Positions 47,771 to 57,645 of a stretch of DNA of 64,000 nucleotides are shown in pieces; positions within the stretch are counted from its first letter, which is position 1, and every line of letters starts with the position of its first letter. The translations under genes and the position numbers were made by a program. Source of the stretch: Candidatus Heimdallarchaeota archaeon (GTDB lineage: Archaea; Asgardarchaeota; Heimdallarchaeia; JABLTI01); assembly GCA_019056785.1 (NCBI GenBank), contig DXJV01000062.1, forward strand, positions 9,441 through 73,440. Reading direction: 5' to 3'. Below the pieces are notes generated by a model. The model saw nothing but the letters and a program-made list of their open reading frames with translations, was not told the origin of the DNA and searched no databases.

Positions 47771-48905
47771 TTATGTTGCACAGTAGGAAAGTTTCGCAAG
47801 ATCTTTAGAGAAGGTGAGCAACGCAAGTTTTAATCCTTCCATTTGTGTTAAATAAGGGAAGAACTCTTCTGCAATTTCTTCTGTGGGGATGGACTTTTTT
47901 TTACTGTGAGCAATGAGGATTGTTGCCAGGCTAATTAATTCTCCGGCATTTTCCGCGAGAATATGAGCTCCAACCAATTTTCCCGAGTCTTTCTCCCGCA
48001 AGAGTTTGATGAACCCTTTTGTATTATGTGCTGCTAATGCTTGTGGAACATATTCCATTGGTAAGGTTGTTGTTTCAATACTCATACCTTGTTCTAGTGC
48101 TTTCTATTCTGTTACTCCTATTGTTGCTACTTGTGGTTCTGTAAAAATTACTTGGGGAAGGACAGTGAGGTCTAACACTTTGTTGCTGTTTGTTAAAGCA
48201 TTTTCTGCTGTGATTTTTCTCCCGGCAACAGCGATTGTTTGTTTGTCAATGAAGTTTGCTGTGCCGCGAAGGAGTATGATATTTTCGTTTGAGGTAATCA
48301 CTTCTTTATATTTGCTCTTTCGTAATTTATTCACTAAGTTATCTTTTTGTTGGAGTACTTTTGGCCATGAAAACGAGATACTCTTTGCAGTAATAGCCGA
48401 GAAAGGTTGCTTTTCAAAAATGCATTTAGTTTTTGCCATTTTAATAAGAGTTTTTGAAGGAATGCAACCTATATTGACACACGTTCCTCCGATAATTCCT
48501 TTTTCAATTATAGCAACGCGAAAACCCAGCTCTGCACCTTTTATTGCCGCAAGCCATACCGGTTCCACTTGTGCCAATAACCACAAGTTCATAGTCAAAA
48601 AATTTCAGGGATGCAAATTGTTTTTTTTGTGGAGTAATTTTTTCCCGTGCGGTAATTTTGGCTTGGTATCCCACTTTGGCAATTGCCTTTTTAATGTCCC
48701 CATTATTTACTTCTCGAGTTGTTTGGATAATGCCTGTGCCTTTTTGCCAACCCGGAATATTAATTGCAAGTACTCCTTCCATAGCTTCTAAAGCGTTTTT
48801 AATATGTGTAACACAAGAAGAGCAAGTTATACCTTGAATTTCTAGGGTTATTGTTTCTATTTCTTGTATTCGTTCATTCTTCTTTTGATTTTCTCTGGAT
48901 TTCAA
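47771..48905 (-). pseudogene. merA: Mercuric reductase pseudogene
   Basis: HMA domain GITCSSC; [13 protein letters not shown]; C-terminal LSYCA (canonical LSCCA); frameshift near 48570; central NADPH domain deleted; in-frame TAG at 48104-48106. Confidence 0.85.
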
Positions 48906-49084
48906 GTTGCATCCTATAAGTACCTTCTCTTTAATAATTCTTCAAAATACTCATTTAGTTATTAAGGAGCAATAGCAATAAAAAGACATAAAATGAAAGC
49001 CAGTGAAAAGTTAGTTAATTTAATTTTTCTTTTTAAACAGATTTAAGTAGGATGGTTGTTATTAGATTTACAAGTTGAATCTTT

Positions 49085-50053
49085 ATGAGTTCTTTTGGTC
49101 TTTTTGGAGCAATTATAGCTAACGCTAAGCTCCGTAAGTTACACAAAAAAGCTGTGGCTTTTGCTGAAAAAGGTGAATATGACAAAGCTATTGCAAATTT
49201 TAGTAAAATTCTTGAGACGGTTCCAGATGATGCGAATACTTGGCGGAATCGAGGATTAGTTTATGCCTTGCAAGGGAATTATTCTTCTGCTTTGAGTAAT
49301 TTTGAAAATGCTCTTAGGCTCAAGCCTGACTATATTGAAGCCGAAGTCAATCTTGGGGAGCTCCATATGCGTAAAGGAAATCTTGAGAAAGCCATATACC
49401 ATTTGGAGCATGTTCGCTTGCAAAAGCCAAAAAATGACATTGTTTTAACCAAACTAGCGAAGATTTACATGTCCATGAAAGATTTAGAAAAAACGCAAGA
49501 ACTCTTGGAACAAATCCTGAAAATTAATAAAAAGAATATTGATGCTCTGAGCTTACTTGGAGATATTGCTCTTGCAAAACAGGATATCTCAAAAGCAAAA
49601 GATTACTATGAACAAGTTCTTGCTCAAATGCCTCAGCATATTCATAGCCTAACTAGTTTAGCACAGATATTTGTTAATGAGGGGAAAATCGATGAGGGTA
49701 TTGCTCTTCTCGAACGGACTGTCACCCAAGCACCTGAATTTCAAGATGCACTTTATACTTTAAGTAAGCTTTATATCCAAAATAACCAAAACATTAAGGC
49801 TGTACAAATATTAGAAAAATTGCTACAACAACATCCCGAGAATTTAGAAATAATGTTCTTTTTAGGAATGAGTTATGGCAACACCGGAAAGCTGAATGAA
49901 GCCATTGAGCTTTTTGAAAAAATTGTTCAAAAGAACGAAAGTGTAAGTAAGGCCTGGGAATTTTTAGCGATCTGTTATCAAACACTAGGGAAGAAAGAAG
50001 AAGCAAAGCGTTGTCTTTCAAAGCTAAAAGCGCTTCAAGACAATGTTAATTAA
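49085..50053 (+). CDS. TPR repeat protein
   Basis: About 9 consecutive 34-aa TPR units. Confidence 0.9.
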   Translation: MSSFGLFGAIIANAKLRKLHKKAVAFAEKGEYDKAIANFSKILETVPDDANTWRNRGLVYALQGNYSSALSNFENALRLKPDYIEAEVNLGELHMRKGNLEKAIYHLEHVRLQKPKNDIVLTKLAKIYMSMKDLEKTQELLEQILKINKKNIDALSLLGDIALAKQDISKAKDYYEQVLAQMPQHIHSLTSLAQIFVNEGKIDEGIALLERTVTQAPEFQDALYTLSKLYIQNNQNIKAVQILEKLLQQHPENLEIMFFLGMSYGNTGKLNEAIELFEKIVQKNESVSKAWEFLAICYQTLGKKEEAKRCLSKLKALQDNVN

Positions 50054-50162
50054 ATAATTTTTATTTTTAGTTTAGTTAATCTGATAGCTAAAAAATCTCC
50101 TAACATATTTTTTAAACTATTTTTTTAAAAAAAGTATAAATAGTAAAATAAATTTAGTTTTT

Positions 50163-50633
50163 TTGAGAATAATGTATAATATTGATTACATAATGAGTAA
50201 GATTCCATTTGATCACGACCTCTTAAAAATAATGGCTGTAATTTACCCTTTTTTTCCAAATTATCATTCGCTAGAATCAATTCAAAAAAAAGTTAATGAG
50301 AGATTTTCAGAAAATTTCGCCAAGGAAGAAATTTTCCAATTGCTTAAATTTGGGATTTCCAATGGCTTGATTGAAAAACAATCAAATAAAGGAAAAACCT
50401 CCCAAGCAACAAGCGTTTTTAAACAAGCAGCAATAAAATATAGACTCACTTCCGGGGCGTGGGAATATTATAAGAATATAGATGTAATTGATCCAGAAGA
50501 ATTAGCCAATGAATTAGAAGAAATAGATAATATGGAACAAAGAAAAACGCTAAAAGTAAAATTACGCCACATAATAATTTGGACAATAATAGGTTTAGTA
50601 ATTTTAATGATAATTGTTTTTATCTCATTATAA
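50163..50633 (+). CDS. Putative winged-helix protein with C-terminal tail anchor
   Basis: 'IFQLLK.G..NGLIEK...YRLT..A' wHTH-like pattern; terminal 20-aa hydrophobic helix. Confidence 0.5.
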   Translation: MRIMYNIDYIMSKIPFDHDLLKIMAVIYPFFPNYHSLESIQKKVNERFSENFAKEEIFQLLKFGISNGLIEKQSNKGKTSQATSVFKQAAIKYRLTSGAWEYYKNIDVIDPEELANELEEIDNMEQRKTLKVKLRHIIIWTIIGLVILMIIVFISL

Positions 50634-50664
50634 TAAACCAGTGTAATAATTCGCTTTTGATTAA

Positions 50665-52248
50665 TCAGTGATAGATGTTTTCATTGTTGTAGTAGTGGCT
50701 TTTCTTGCACAGTCGTTTAGCGACGGTTATAAAAGGCAGTGCTCCTAATAATAATGGAGCTATAACCCCAAAAATACTGAAAAAGAAGTTCTTCACTGGG
50801 TACCATGTTATTATTCCCAAAAAATCTATTACAGAAATTATTGTTAGTCCTAAAAAGATTAATCCAATAACTGTAATTATAAACGCTATAGTAAATAAGG
50901 GGATTTTCTTATTCCAAGCAATTTTTCCTTTCTTCAGTTTATTCTGCCCTAATAATCCTAGACTAGTCGGCAGTAAAAGAAAAGGAGTTGTTAACCCTCC
51001 AATTACCATATAAAAAATAACATGCCAGAATGTGAGTTTGAACTTGCAAATTTTTTTCGTGTAATATGTAGTTATGGTGAAGATTATTCCATAGATTACC
51101 CATATAATTAATGTTAAAGTTAATGCTGCAAACTGATCAAGGTTTACAGCTCGAATGACAGGCACTTTACATAAATAGAGAAGGGCATAAAAGAACGCTG
51201 TAATGTACATTGTTGCTACCACGAAAACGAGGGTCGAAGTAATTAAAAAGTCAAAAGTTTTTCTAACAGATTTTCCACGACCAAATAATTTTCTGGGATT
51301 ATAAATAGCCGCTGCTGTTTGTCCCTTCGTCCAACGGAACATTTGTGACATCATGTGATCAAAAGACTCGGGAAGGAGAGAATGAGCCCCAAATTCATTT
51401 AACCAATAGCCTTTCAAACCTTTTCCAGCGAGAGTAATTGTATGTTCAAAATCCTCGAGCAATTTTCCTTCTGGTAATGGATAACTGAATTCCCTCCTAA
51501 AACAAGCCGTTGTTCCACAGAAGAGTACTGTCCCGAGCCGTCTTTTTCCTGCTTCTGCTAGGAAGAATTGATATTGTGACATTGCTTGCCATACTTGTAC
51601 GGGGTTTTGTACATTTCTAAAGGAATACATTGCTTGAACAAAAGCAAATTCAGAATGGTGTTCGAGAATAGACACAAATTTAGTTAGAATTTCAGCTGTT
51701 GGAAGATGATCGACATCGAACAGTGCAACATATTTTCCTTTTAATGTTGGTAAGATGAGATTTAACATTCCTGCTTTGAAGTTCTGGTTTTGTTGAAAGA
51801 AATATTGATAGTTGTATTTTTCTGTGATTGCTTGACATTTTTTTGCCAATGATTTTTCTGTGCTATCATCTGCTACCCAGAGCTTGAAGTTTGGATAAGT
51901 GACTGCTTGAAAGCCCTGTAAAGTTTCTTCTAAAATGACCGGATTAACATTGTGAATTGGTATTACTACATCAACTTGTGGATAGGTTTTGAGTGGCTCA
52001 AGTTGATATTCTACTTTTCCAATATCCAACAATCCATCTAACAATTGGACCATAAAATAAATCGCATAAAAAGGACCAAAAACCTCGAAAAAGAGTGCGA
52101 AAATATTCAAAATAAATCCTTTAATGCCAAGAAGGTTGTAATTTTGAATTAACAAAGCTAATGACCAGTTAAAATAGGTTAAAAAAAGGAGAAATAACCC
52201 CCAACCAAAGCAATGATTTATGTTTGAAAGTAGTTTTTTTCTGGTCAT
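50665..52248 (-). CDS. Processive GT2 glycosyltransferase (cellulose-synthase-like)
   Basis: ADD, KAG, DVD, FCGT, (L)ED and QMFRW (QxxRW) motifs; 2 N-terminal and several C-terminal TMs. Confidence 0.85.
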   Translation of the reverse strand: MTRKKLLSNINHCFGWGLFLLFLTYFNWSLALLIQNYNLLGIKGFILNIFALFFEVFGPFYAIYFMVQLLDGLLDIGKVEYQLEPLKTYPQVDVVIPIHNVNPVILEETLQGFQAVTYPNFKLWVADDSTEKSLAKKCQAITEKYNYQYFFQQNQNFKAGMLNLILPTLKGKYVALFDVDHLPTAEILTKFVSILEHHSEFAFVQAMYSFRNVQNPVQVWQAMSQYQFFLAEAGKRRLGTVLFCGTTACFRREFSYPLPEGKLLEDFEHTITLAGKGLKGYWLNEFGAHSLLPESFDHMMSQMFRWTKGQTAAAIYNPRKLFGRGKSVRKTFDFLITSTLVFVVATMYITAFFYALLYLCKVPVIRAVNLDQFAALTLTLIIWVIYGIIFTITTYYTKKICKFKLTFWHVIFYMVIGGLTTPFLLLPTSLGLLGQNKLKKGKIAWNKKIPLFTIAFIITVIGLIFLGLTIISVIDFLGIITWYPVKNFFFSIFGVIAPLLLGALPFITVAKRLCKKSHYYNNENIYH

Positions 52249-52388
52249 TTGAGCATTGTTCTAAGAATGCTCTTATAAATTTTTTTTACTTACAAGAAAA
52301 ATGATTAATGAAAAGAATCATAGCTGAGTTTATTCTGTTGTAATTACAAGTAACTTCTTTAGTAAAAAAGATAGGAATGTGGTTTTTT

Positions 52389-52785
52389 ATGAGTAAAAAG
52401 ACCGAGATGGAATGGAAAAGGCAGCTCTCAAAAATTGAATATCATATATTACGGGAAAAAGGCACAGAACCACCTTTTTAGTGGTGAATTTTGGAATCAT
52501 AAAGAAAAAGGAGTTTACAAGTGCAAAGGTTGTGGCGTAGTTTTATTTTCCTTTGAAACAAAATTTGCTTCGGGTTGTGGTTGGCCAAGCTTTTTTGACG
52601 CTCTCTCTCGTGAAAACATCGAAGAAAGGATCGACCGCTCGCATGGCATGGTTCAGATAGAAGTTCTTTGTAAATGTTGTGGTAGCCATCTTGGCCATGT
52701 TTTTAATGATGGCCCTCCGGAGAAAACAGGTCTAAGATATTGTATCAATTCTCTTGTATTAACATTCGAGAAAGCAGATGACTAA
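52389..52785 (+). pseudogene. msrB: Methionine-R-sulfoxide reductase, frameshifted
   Basis: MSKKTEMEWKRQLSKIEYHILREKGTEPPF, then one extra T in a T5 run (near 52475-52479), then SGEFW...GCGWPSF...HLGHVF.DGP...RYCINS. Confidence 0.85.
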
Positions 52786-52837
52786 TTTTTTTTAAAAAAA
52801 AGAAAAGAAGATTTTGACGGGTTTTTGTCTATTCTTT

Positions 52838-54454
52838 TCATTTTGTTTTTTTGCTTATTATTCGTTCAGGAAAGATTCCTTGATCTGCTTTTCGCATATG
52901 GTAGATAGCGCTTGAGCTATAAACCAGTGCAGTGAGAAGAGCATGAGCAAAGAAGGTTACAGTCAAAAAGTACTTGGCTTGTAGTATAAACAGCACTAGA
53001 ATGTGGAGGGTGTAGATGTTTCTTCTACCATCAAATCTTCGAAACAGCCGGTCAAATTTGCTGCTATCTGCTAAGGAGAGCCCCACAACTAAATGATATT
53101 GCATTGAAACGTGACGATTAAAGGAGTCTAGAATGAGAAAGGCGATGAGGAAAATTATCCAGGGAAGCAGTGGTTGGTTTGTGATTGCAATTGTATACCA
53201 TCCTGCTGCGAAATAAATAGTTTGTTCATACAGCTGATCAAAACTGTGTTCGATGTTTCCGCTAATTGTTAATCTTCCCCTTACTCGAGCCAATTTGCCA
53301 TCGACTCCGTCCAAGACATTTACTGCGATTAGCAAGACAAAGGCAATCCATGGGAGGGCTGTGGTGATAGTCGGATGCTTATTTCGTATATATGGTGCAG
53401 TTAACAGGCAAGCTGCCAGACCAAAAGCTAAGAGATTAACAAGCATTGTAATATGGTTTGGCGTCAAAGGGCTATTGGCAATTGTAAAGGTTACCATGTG
53501 CTCCAAAGGGCGGTTAAAATACCAAGCAATAAGGTCTAATGTGCCTTTTTGGGTCAATTTCACTAAATTCCATTTTACCCGTAATAAATCTCTCTTAGTC
53601 TCGAGTTTGAAATAATGGACAGGTAAATTTCGTCGCATAGAGGGAACATAGACAGGAATGGTCGAGAGTTTGATGCTCGCGGTATTTGTTTCAGCGAGAG
53701 TTTTAATAATGTTCCAAACTGGTTCCTGCTCTTCTTTCATCTCGCCAGAATTTTTCTCAGTTTCATTTTGGAAACTTTTTCTCAAGAAAAGCTTTGTAAC
53801 TCTACAAAGCGGAAGATAAGAATTAACCTTAAGTTTACTCGAGTCTTCTGGTCGTTTAGTTTGCCGGTCTTCCTCTACAAGTAAAGATAAAGCCGTTTTC
53901 TTTTCTTCAGTCTTATTAACATGTTCCAGGGAGTGTTCTTCTAAAATTGATTGAATAATTCGTTTATCAAATAACCATTGCCCATCCATAAGGAGTACTG
54001 TGGTACCATCATTACTTTCTATCTCCTTGTTAAAAAGGCTTGGAGTATTAAGTAGCCTTTTAGTCGAGGAAAAGTGAAATGTGATTTTCTGTTTAAATGG
54101 TATATTCCTCGATTTTAAGATGCTTTCTTCCACAAGGGCTAAAAGTGATTCATTCTTTGATGTGAGGAAAATTTCTTTAACACCAACTTCTTGAAGGAGA
54201 TTGACCTGGCGTTCAATTAACGATTGTTTTGCCAGCTTTCTTTCCAAATAGAGACTTCGCACTTTTTTATTGGAGGTATTCTTTGTTCTTACTGACTCTT
54301 CATTTGACATTTCAGGTAAATAAATTATCACTTGGAGGGTATTTTTTACGTATAGGTTGTTTTCTTCTGCCAATCTTTTCACCTCGAGGCTTTTTGCTGC
54401 GTTTTTGAAGAAAGACGAACGGGGAGAGGGGTGAAGAATTACCATAAAAAGCAA
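52838..54454 (-). CDS. CDP-alcohol phosphotransferase (DIPPS-like) with degenerate N-terminal NTP-transferase domain
   Basis: 'FNRP', 'TPNHIT', 'LDGVDGKLARVR...G.IEHSFD'; exact start uncertain. Confidence 0.75.
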   Translation of the reverse strand: MLFMVILHPSPRSSFFKNAAKSLEVKRLAEENNLYVKNTLQVIIYLPEMSNEESVRTKNTSNKKVRSLYLERKLAKQSLIERQVNLLQEVGVKEIFLTSKNESLLALVEESILKSRNIPFKQKITFHFSSTKRLLNTPSLFNKEIESNDGTTVLLMDGQWLFDKRIIQSILEEHSLEHVNKTEEKKTALSLLVEEDRQTKRPEDSSKLKVNSYLPLCRVTKLFLRKSFQNETEKNSGEMKEEQEPVWNIIKTLAETNTASIKLSTIPVYVPSMRRNLPVHYFKLETKRDLLRVKWNLVKLTQKGTLDLIAWYFNRPLEHMVTFTIANSPLTPNHITMLVNLLAFGLAACLLTAPYIRNKHPTITTALPWIAFVLLIAVNVLDGVDGKLARVRGRLTISGNIEHSFDQLYEQTIYFAAGWYTIAITNQPLLPWIIFLIAFLILDSFNRHVSMQYHLVVGLSLADSSKFDRLFRRFDGRRNIYTLHILVLFILQAKYFLTVTFFAHALLTALVYSSSAIYHMRKADQGIFPERIISKKTK

Positions 54455-54458
54455 TTCT

Positions 54459-55286
54459 TCATGGAAAGTCTAAATCGTATTTAGTTCCATGTAAAAGAAC
54501 ATCCATCTCACCGGAGATCTGGTCAAATAATTCTACTGCATACGAATAATCATGGTAGTTATCTACATCAATCCAAGTTGGCATTGGTATATCCACATAT
54601 TTGACAGATTTTCGAAGTTCGATTGCTCTCTTCACAACATTTGTCCAGCCAAAGGTTTCTCTTGTGTCTGCAAGTTCTTGGGCTAAGCGATGAATGCTAT
54701 GATTCACATGAAAAACTCCCATATCGATTCGATTATATTTTGTTAATTCTTTCCCAATATTCACCACTACACCATCTTTTGTGCCTAGTATTTTTGTTGC
54801 TTCATCAACATCAAGATAGAGTTGGTCTATTTTACTATCTGTTGCTATAGAGAGGTCGCTATAATTTAATCGATTTGTGTTCCAGAAATATTCGATTAGT
54901 TTATAGGAATACAGATGGTCGCCCATTGTAAGCATGAGATTATTCGAAAATCCAACTTCTCGTGCTTTTTCAAGTCCTAAGAAACAGCTGAAGCCATTTC
55001 CTCTTTGAACCTCATGATTAATGGCATAATGAAAATTAAACTTCCGGTCGATGTACTTCTTCTGTAAACGTTTCTGTAGCGAGATCAAATGCCGGTGAAT
55101 AACTTTCCATTTATAACCCAGAACGATGATAAAATTTTCAAAATCATTCCAAAGATAATTTTCTACAATAAAATCTATGATTGGTTTATCCCGAATCTTC
55201 ACCAGTGGCTTAGGATATCCCATAGACCACTCACGAAGCCTTGTCCCAAAACCTGCACAAAGGATTATCACAGTTTTAGGAACCAT
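54459..55286 (-). CDS. CTP:inositol-1-phosphate cytidylyltransferase-like NTP transferase (IPCT)
   Basis: 'ILCAGFGTRL...PKPL', 'GNGFS', 'MGDHLY', 'DEATK', 'IGKEL...IDMGVF', 'WIDVD'. Confidence 0.75.
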   Translation of the reverse strand: MVPKTVIILCAGFGTRLREWSMGYPKPLVKIRDKPIIDFIVENYLWNDFENFIIVLGYKWKVIHRHLISLQKRLQKKYIDRKFNFHYAINHEVQRGNGFSCFLGLEKAREVGFSNNLMLTMGDHLYSYKLIEYFWNTNRLNYSDLSIATDSKIDQLYLDVDEATKILGTKDGVVVNIGKELTKYNRIDMGVFHVNHSIHRLAQELADTRETFGWTNVVKRAIELRKSVKYVDIPMPTWIDVDNYHDYSYAVELFDQISGEMDVLLHGTKYDLDFP

Positions 55287-55426
55287 TGTAACTCACCATC
55301 CACAATCAATTCTGTCTCAATTGTTTCCGGTTTCATATAGACGAGATTAGCTCTAAAATAAAAATCTTTCTCTAATCATTTAAAAAGGGGTATGCTTTTT
55401 CACATTAAAGAATAATTAAATAGATA

Positions 55427-55449
55427 TTTTAATGAATTATTCATTAAAA
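55427..55449. promoter_or_regulatory. Perfect 11-1-11 inverted repeat in a divergent intergenic region
   Basis: TTTTAATGAAT-T-ATTCATTAAAA. Confidence 0.45.
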
Positions 55450-55548
55450 CATTAATTCATCACTTTTTAGTGTAATTTTTTTCCATGAAAAATGCGGGGA
55501 AAAAACATTTATTGGTTCTATAACATTACTGTTTAGGAGTGACGCTTA

Positions 55549-55989
55549 TTGGAAAGAACTGTCAGGAAGGAAGTTAATAAGCTCTTTATTACTAAATACA
55601 ATTGTGCACAAACAGTTCTAACACTAATTACAAAGCATATGCAACTTTTTAGTTCTTCCTTGCCATACCTCGCTGCCGGTCTCGGAGGTGGCGTGGGAGG
55701 ACAGGGAGAAGTTTGTGGAGCTATCACCGGTGCTACCTTGGCGATTGGTTTATTACTCTCCCAAAGAATCAAAGATGTTTCTGAACATAAAGATCTAACA
55801 AAAACGTTTACTAGAGAATTTCTGAAACGGATGAAAAGAACATTCAATACAATTAAATGTAACAAATTGCTAAATTTCGACATTCGTGATGAAGCATTAC
55901 ATAAAAAGAATATACATGTCTTCACTGAGATTTGTCCTAAAGTAATTTCAAAAGCTGTTGTGATTGTTTTAGAGTTATTTTCAGAATAG
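55549..55989 (+). CDS. C_GCAxxG_C_C family putative redox protein
   Basis: 'YNCAQ', 'GGG...GEVCGAITGA', distal Cys...Cys. Confidence 0.85.
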   Translation: MERTVRKEVNKLFITKYNCAQTVLTLITKHMQLFSSSLPYLAAGLGGGVGGQGEVCGAITGATLAIGLLLSQRIKDVSEHKDLTKTFTREFLKRMKRTFNTIKCNKLLNFDIRDEALHKKNIHVFTEICPKVISKAVVIVLELFSE

Positions 55990-56019
55990 AAAAAAAAGAA
56001 GAGAGACTGTGATAAAGCT

Positions 56020-56705
56020 TTATGCTTGTTTCTTCCTCTTTTGGATAGTGTACGTTATTGCTGCTAAGGTTGCAATTGCTGCCACTGCCATAATTCCTCC
56101 AAAACCAGGGAGGTGGAGTTCTTTGCTTACTTTTTCTCCGACAACAACGGTAATTTCTGTCATATCTTCTTCGGTGTAGGCTGAGTTCGTTGTCATACCA
56201 TCACCCTTTGGCTGGAGGCTGTTAAGATCCACTTCAGCAATAATAACATAAACTCCTGTTTTTTCACCAAAGTATGCAATGGCTGTATAGAAGCCCTGGT
56301 ATGGGGGCATAAAGTAATGCTAACCCTGCTCTTGGAACTTCATCGGTTATGTCCTTGATGTTAGGATCTATAAGCGATATATAAGAGCGCACAGTATCGT
56401 AAAAGTCTTTATCGTACTGATCTTTATCACTGTCTGCATTATATGAGACACCAAATCCGCCGGTGGGAGGAGGCGTATTTGGTCCTGGAGGATAACTCGC
56501 AGAGGGTTTAACCCATACTTGAGTAAAAAACTTCAATTGTGCCATCTGTTGAGCTTTCTTCAGAAACTAGAGTATAATCGTTTTCCACAATAAAGTCATC
56601 TGTTTGAGTCAAGGCATATGCCGGACGAGAGATGCCCTTTACAGGAAAAACGCTTATCAGCAACAAACCAAAAAGAGCAACTGAAAATAATTATATCTTT
56701 GTCAT
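56020..56705 (-). pseudogene. Broken secreted protein with PGF-CTERM-like sorting signal
   Basis: MTKI*LFSVALFGLLLISVFPVKG..., then two frameshifts link ORFs 56264..56545 and 56020..56310; ends LPGFGGIMAVAAIATLAAITYTIQKRKKQA. Confidence 0.7.
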
Positions 56706-56846
56706 TTTCTTCGCCAGTTATAAAGATGTATTCTAAATCCTTGGGATTTTTTAACAAGTAAAAATTGTCTAATTTTTCTTTTAAATATTCTGAATTTCTG
56801 AAATTCAACTAAAAAAGTGGATTGAAAGCTATTTAATCTTCTTTAC

Positions 56847-57206
56847 TCATTCTTTTTCACTCAGTTCAGCAATTAAATTGCTTTTTGTATAATATGCAAT
56901 ATATAGGCCTTTTTTTGAACCAATAATTAAACCAGCATTCTCTAAGATCCTCAAATGATGAGAGATGGAGCTCTCGCTCATGCCAAAAGTTTCAGCTAAA
57001 ACACATGTACAGAGTGATTCAGATTCCAAGAGTTTCAAGATTACCAATCGGAGTTCATTTCCTAAAGCAGTAAAATATGTTAAATCCTTTTTAAATTCCT
57101 CTTCTTTCTTAATTGCTTGAACTTTTTCTTTCAATTCTTTGATGTACTCTTTTTTTGACTTTTTCTTATTTATTAACTCTAACCAGTTATTGATTTTTGA
57201 TGACAT
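56847..57206 (-). CDS. arsR: ArsR family regulator
   Basis: 'ALGNELRLVILKLL..ESLCTCVL....MSESSISHHLRILENAGLI', with ELCVCDL-like metal site. Confidence 0.85.
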   Translation of the reverse strand: MSSKINNWLELINKKKSKKEYIKELKEKVQAIKKEEEFKKDLTYFTALGNELRLVILKLLESESLCTCVLAETFGMSESSISHHLRILENAGLIIGSKKGLYIAYYTKSNLIAELSEKE

Positions 57207-57341
57207 AAGTTAGATATTACTCCAGCCTTTATAAAAAATTTGGAGTAATTCGAAAAAAATTTAAATAGAATGATTTTTTTAAAAGCCATTCAAACTTTTA
57301 TTGATTAAAAAATAGCGATTTAAAAAAAGGATAGATGAAAT

Positions 57342-57614
57342 ATGACTAAACTAAATGTAATAATTGCTAGTGGTTCGGATACCTTTTGTACTAATTGCAA
57401 ATTAACTGAAACACGATTGAAGAAAGTTATTAGTGAGAAGTTCAACGAAGTGGAATATACTATTGAGCATATCAATGTAACAACTCCTGAATCAATACAA
57501 AAGTTTGGAGCGTTGTTATCACCCACATTAATTCTAAATAATGTAATTGTACATGAGGGTGGTGTGCCAACAGAGGCAATGATAGAACGTGCATTAAAGC
57601 AGCTTTTAAGATGA
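57342..57614 (+). CDS. Small thioredoxin-family protein (MTH895/Thioredoxin_3 type)
   Basis: CTNC; 'SPTLILNN.IVHEGGVPT'. Confidence 0.85.
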   Translation: MTKLNVIIASGSDTFCTNCKLTETRLKKVISEKFNEVEYTIEHINVTTPESIQKFGALLSPTLILNNVIVHEGGVPTEAMIERALKQLLR

Positions 57615-57645
57615 TAAAAGGAGCAGTAATTTCGAGGAATCCTTC

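Noticed and set aside
48006-48791. 261-aa + strand ORF
   Set aside because: Antisense shadow of the merA pseudogene with no recognisable motifs.
57245-57310. Operator for the second ArsR (TTCAA-N7-TTGAT)
   Set aside because: The position is plausible, but the repeat is too short and degenerate in AT-rich DNA to call.
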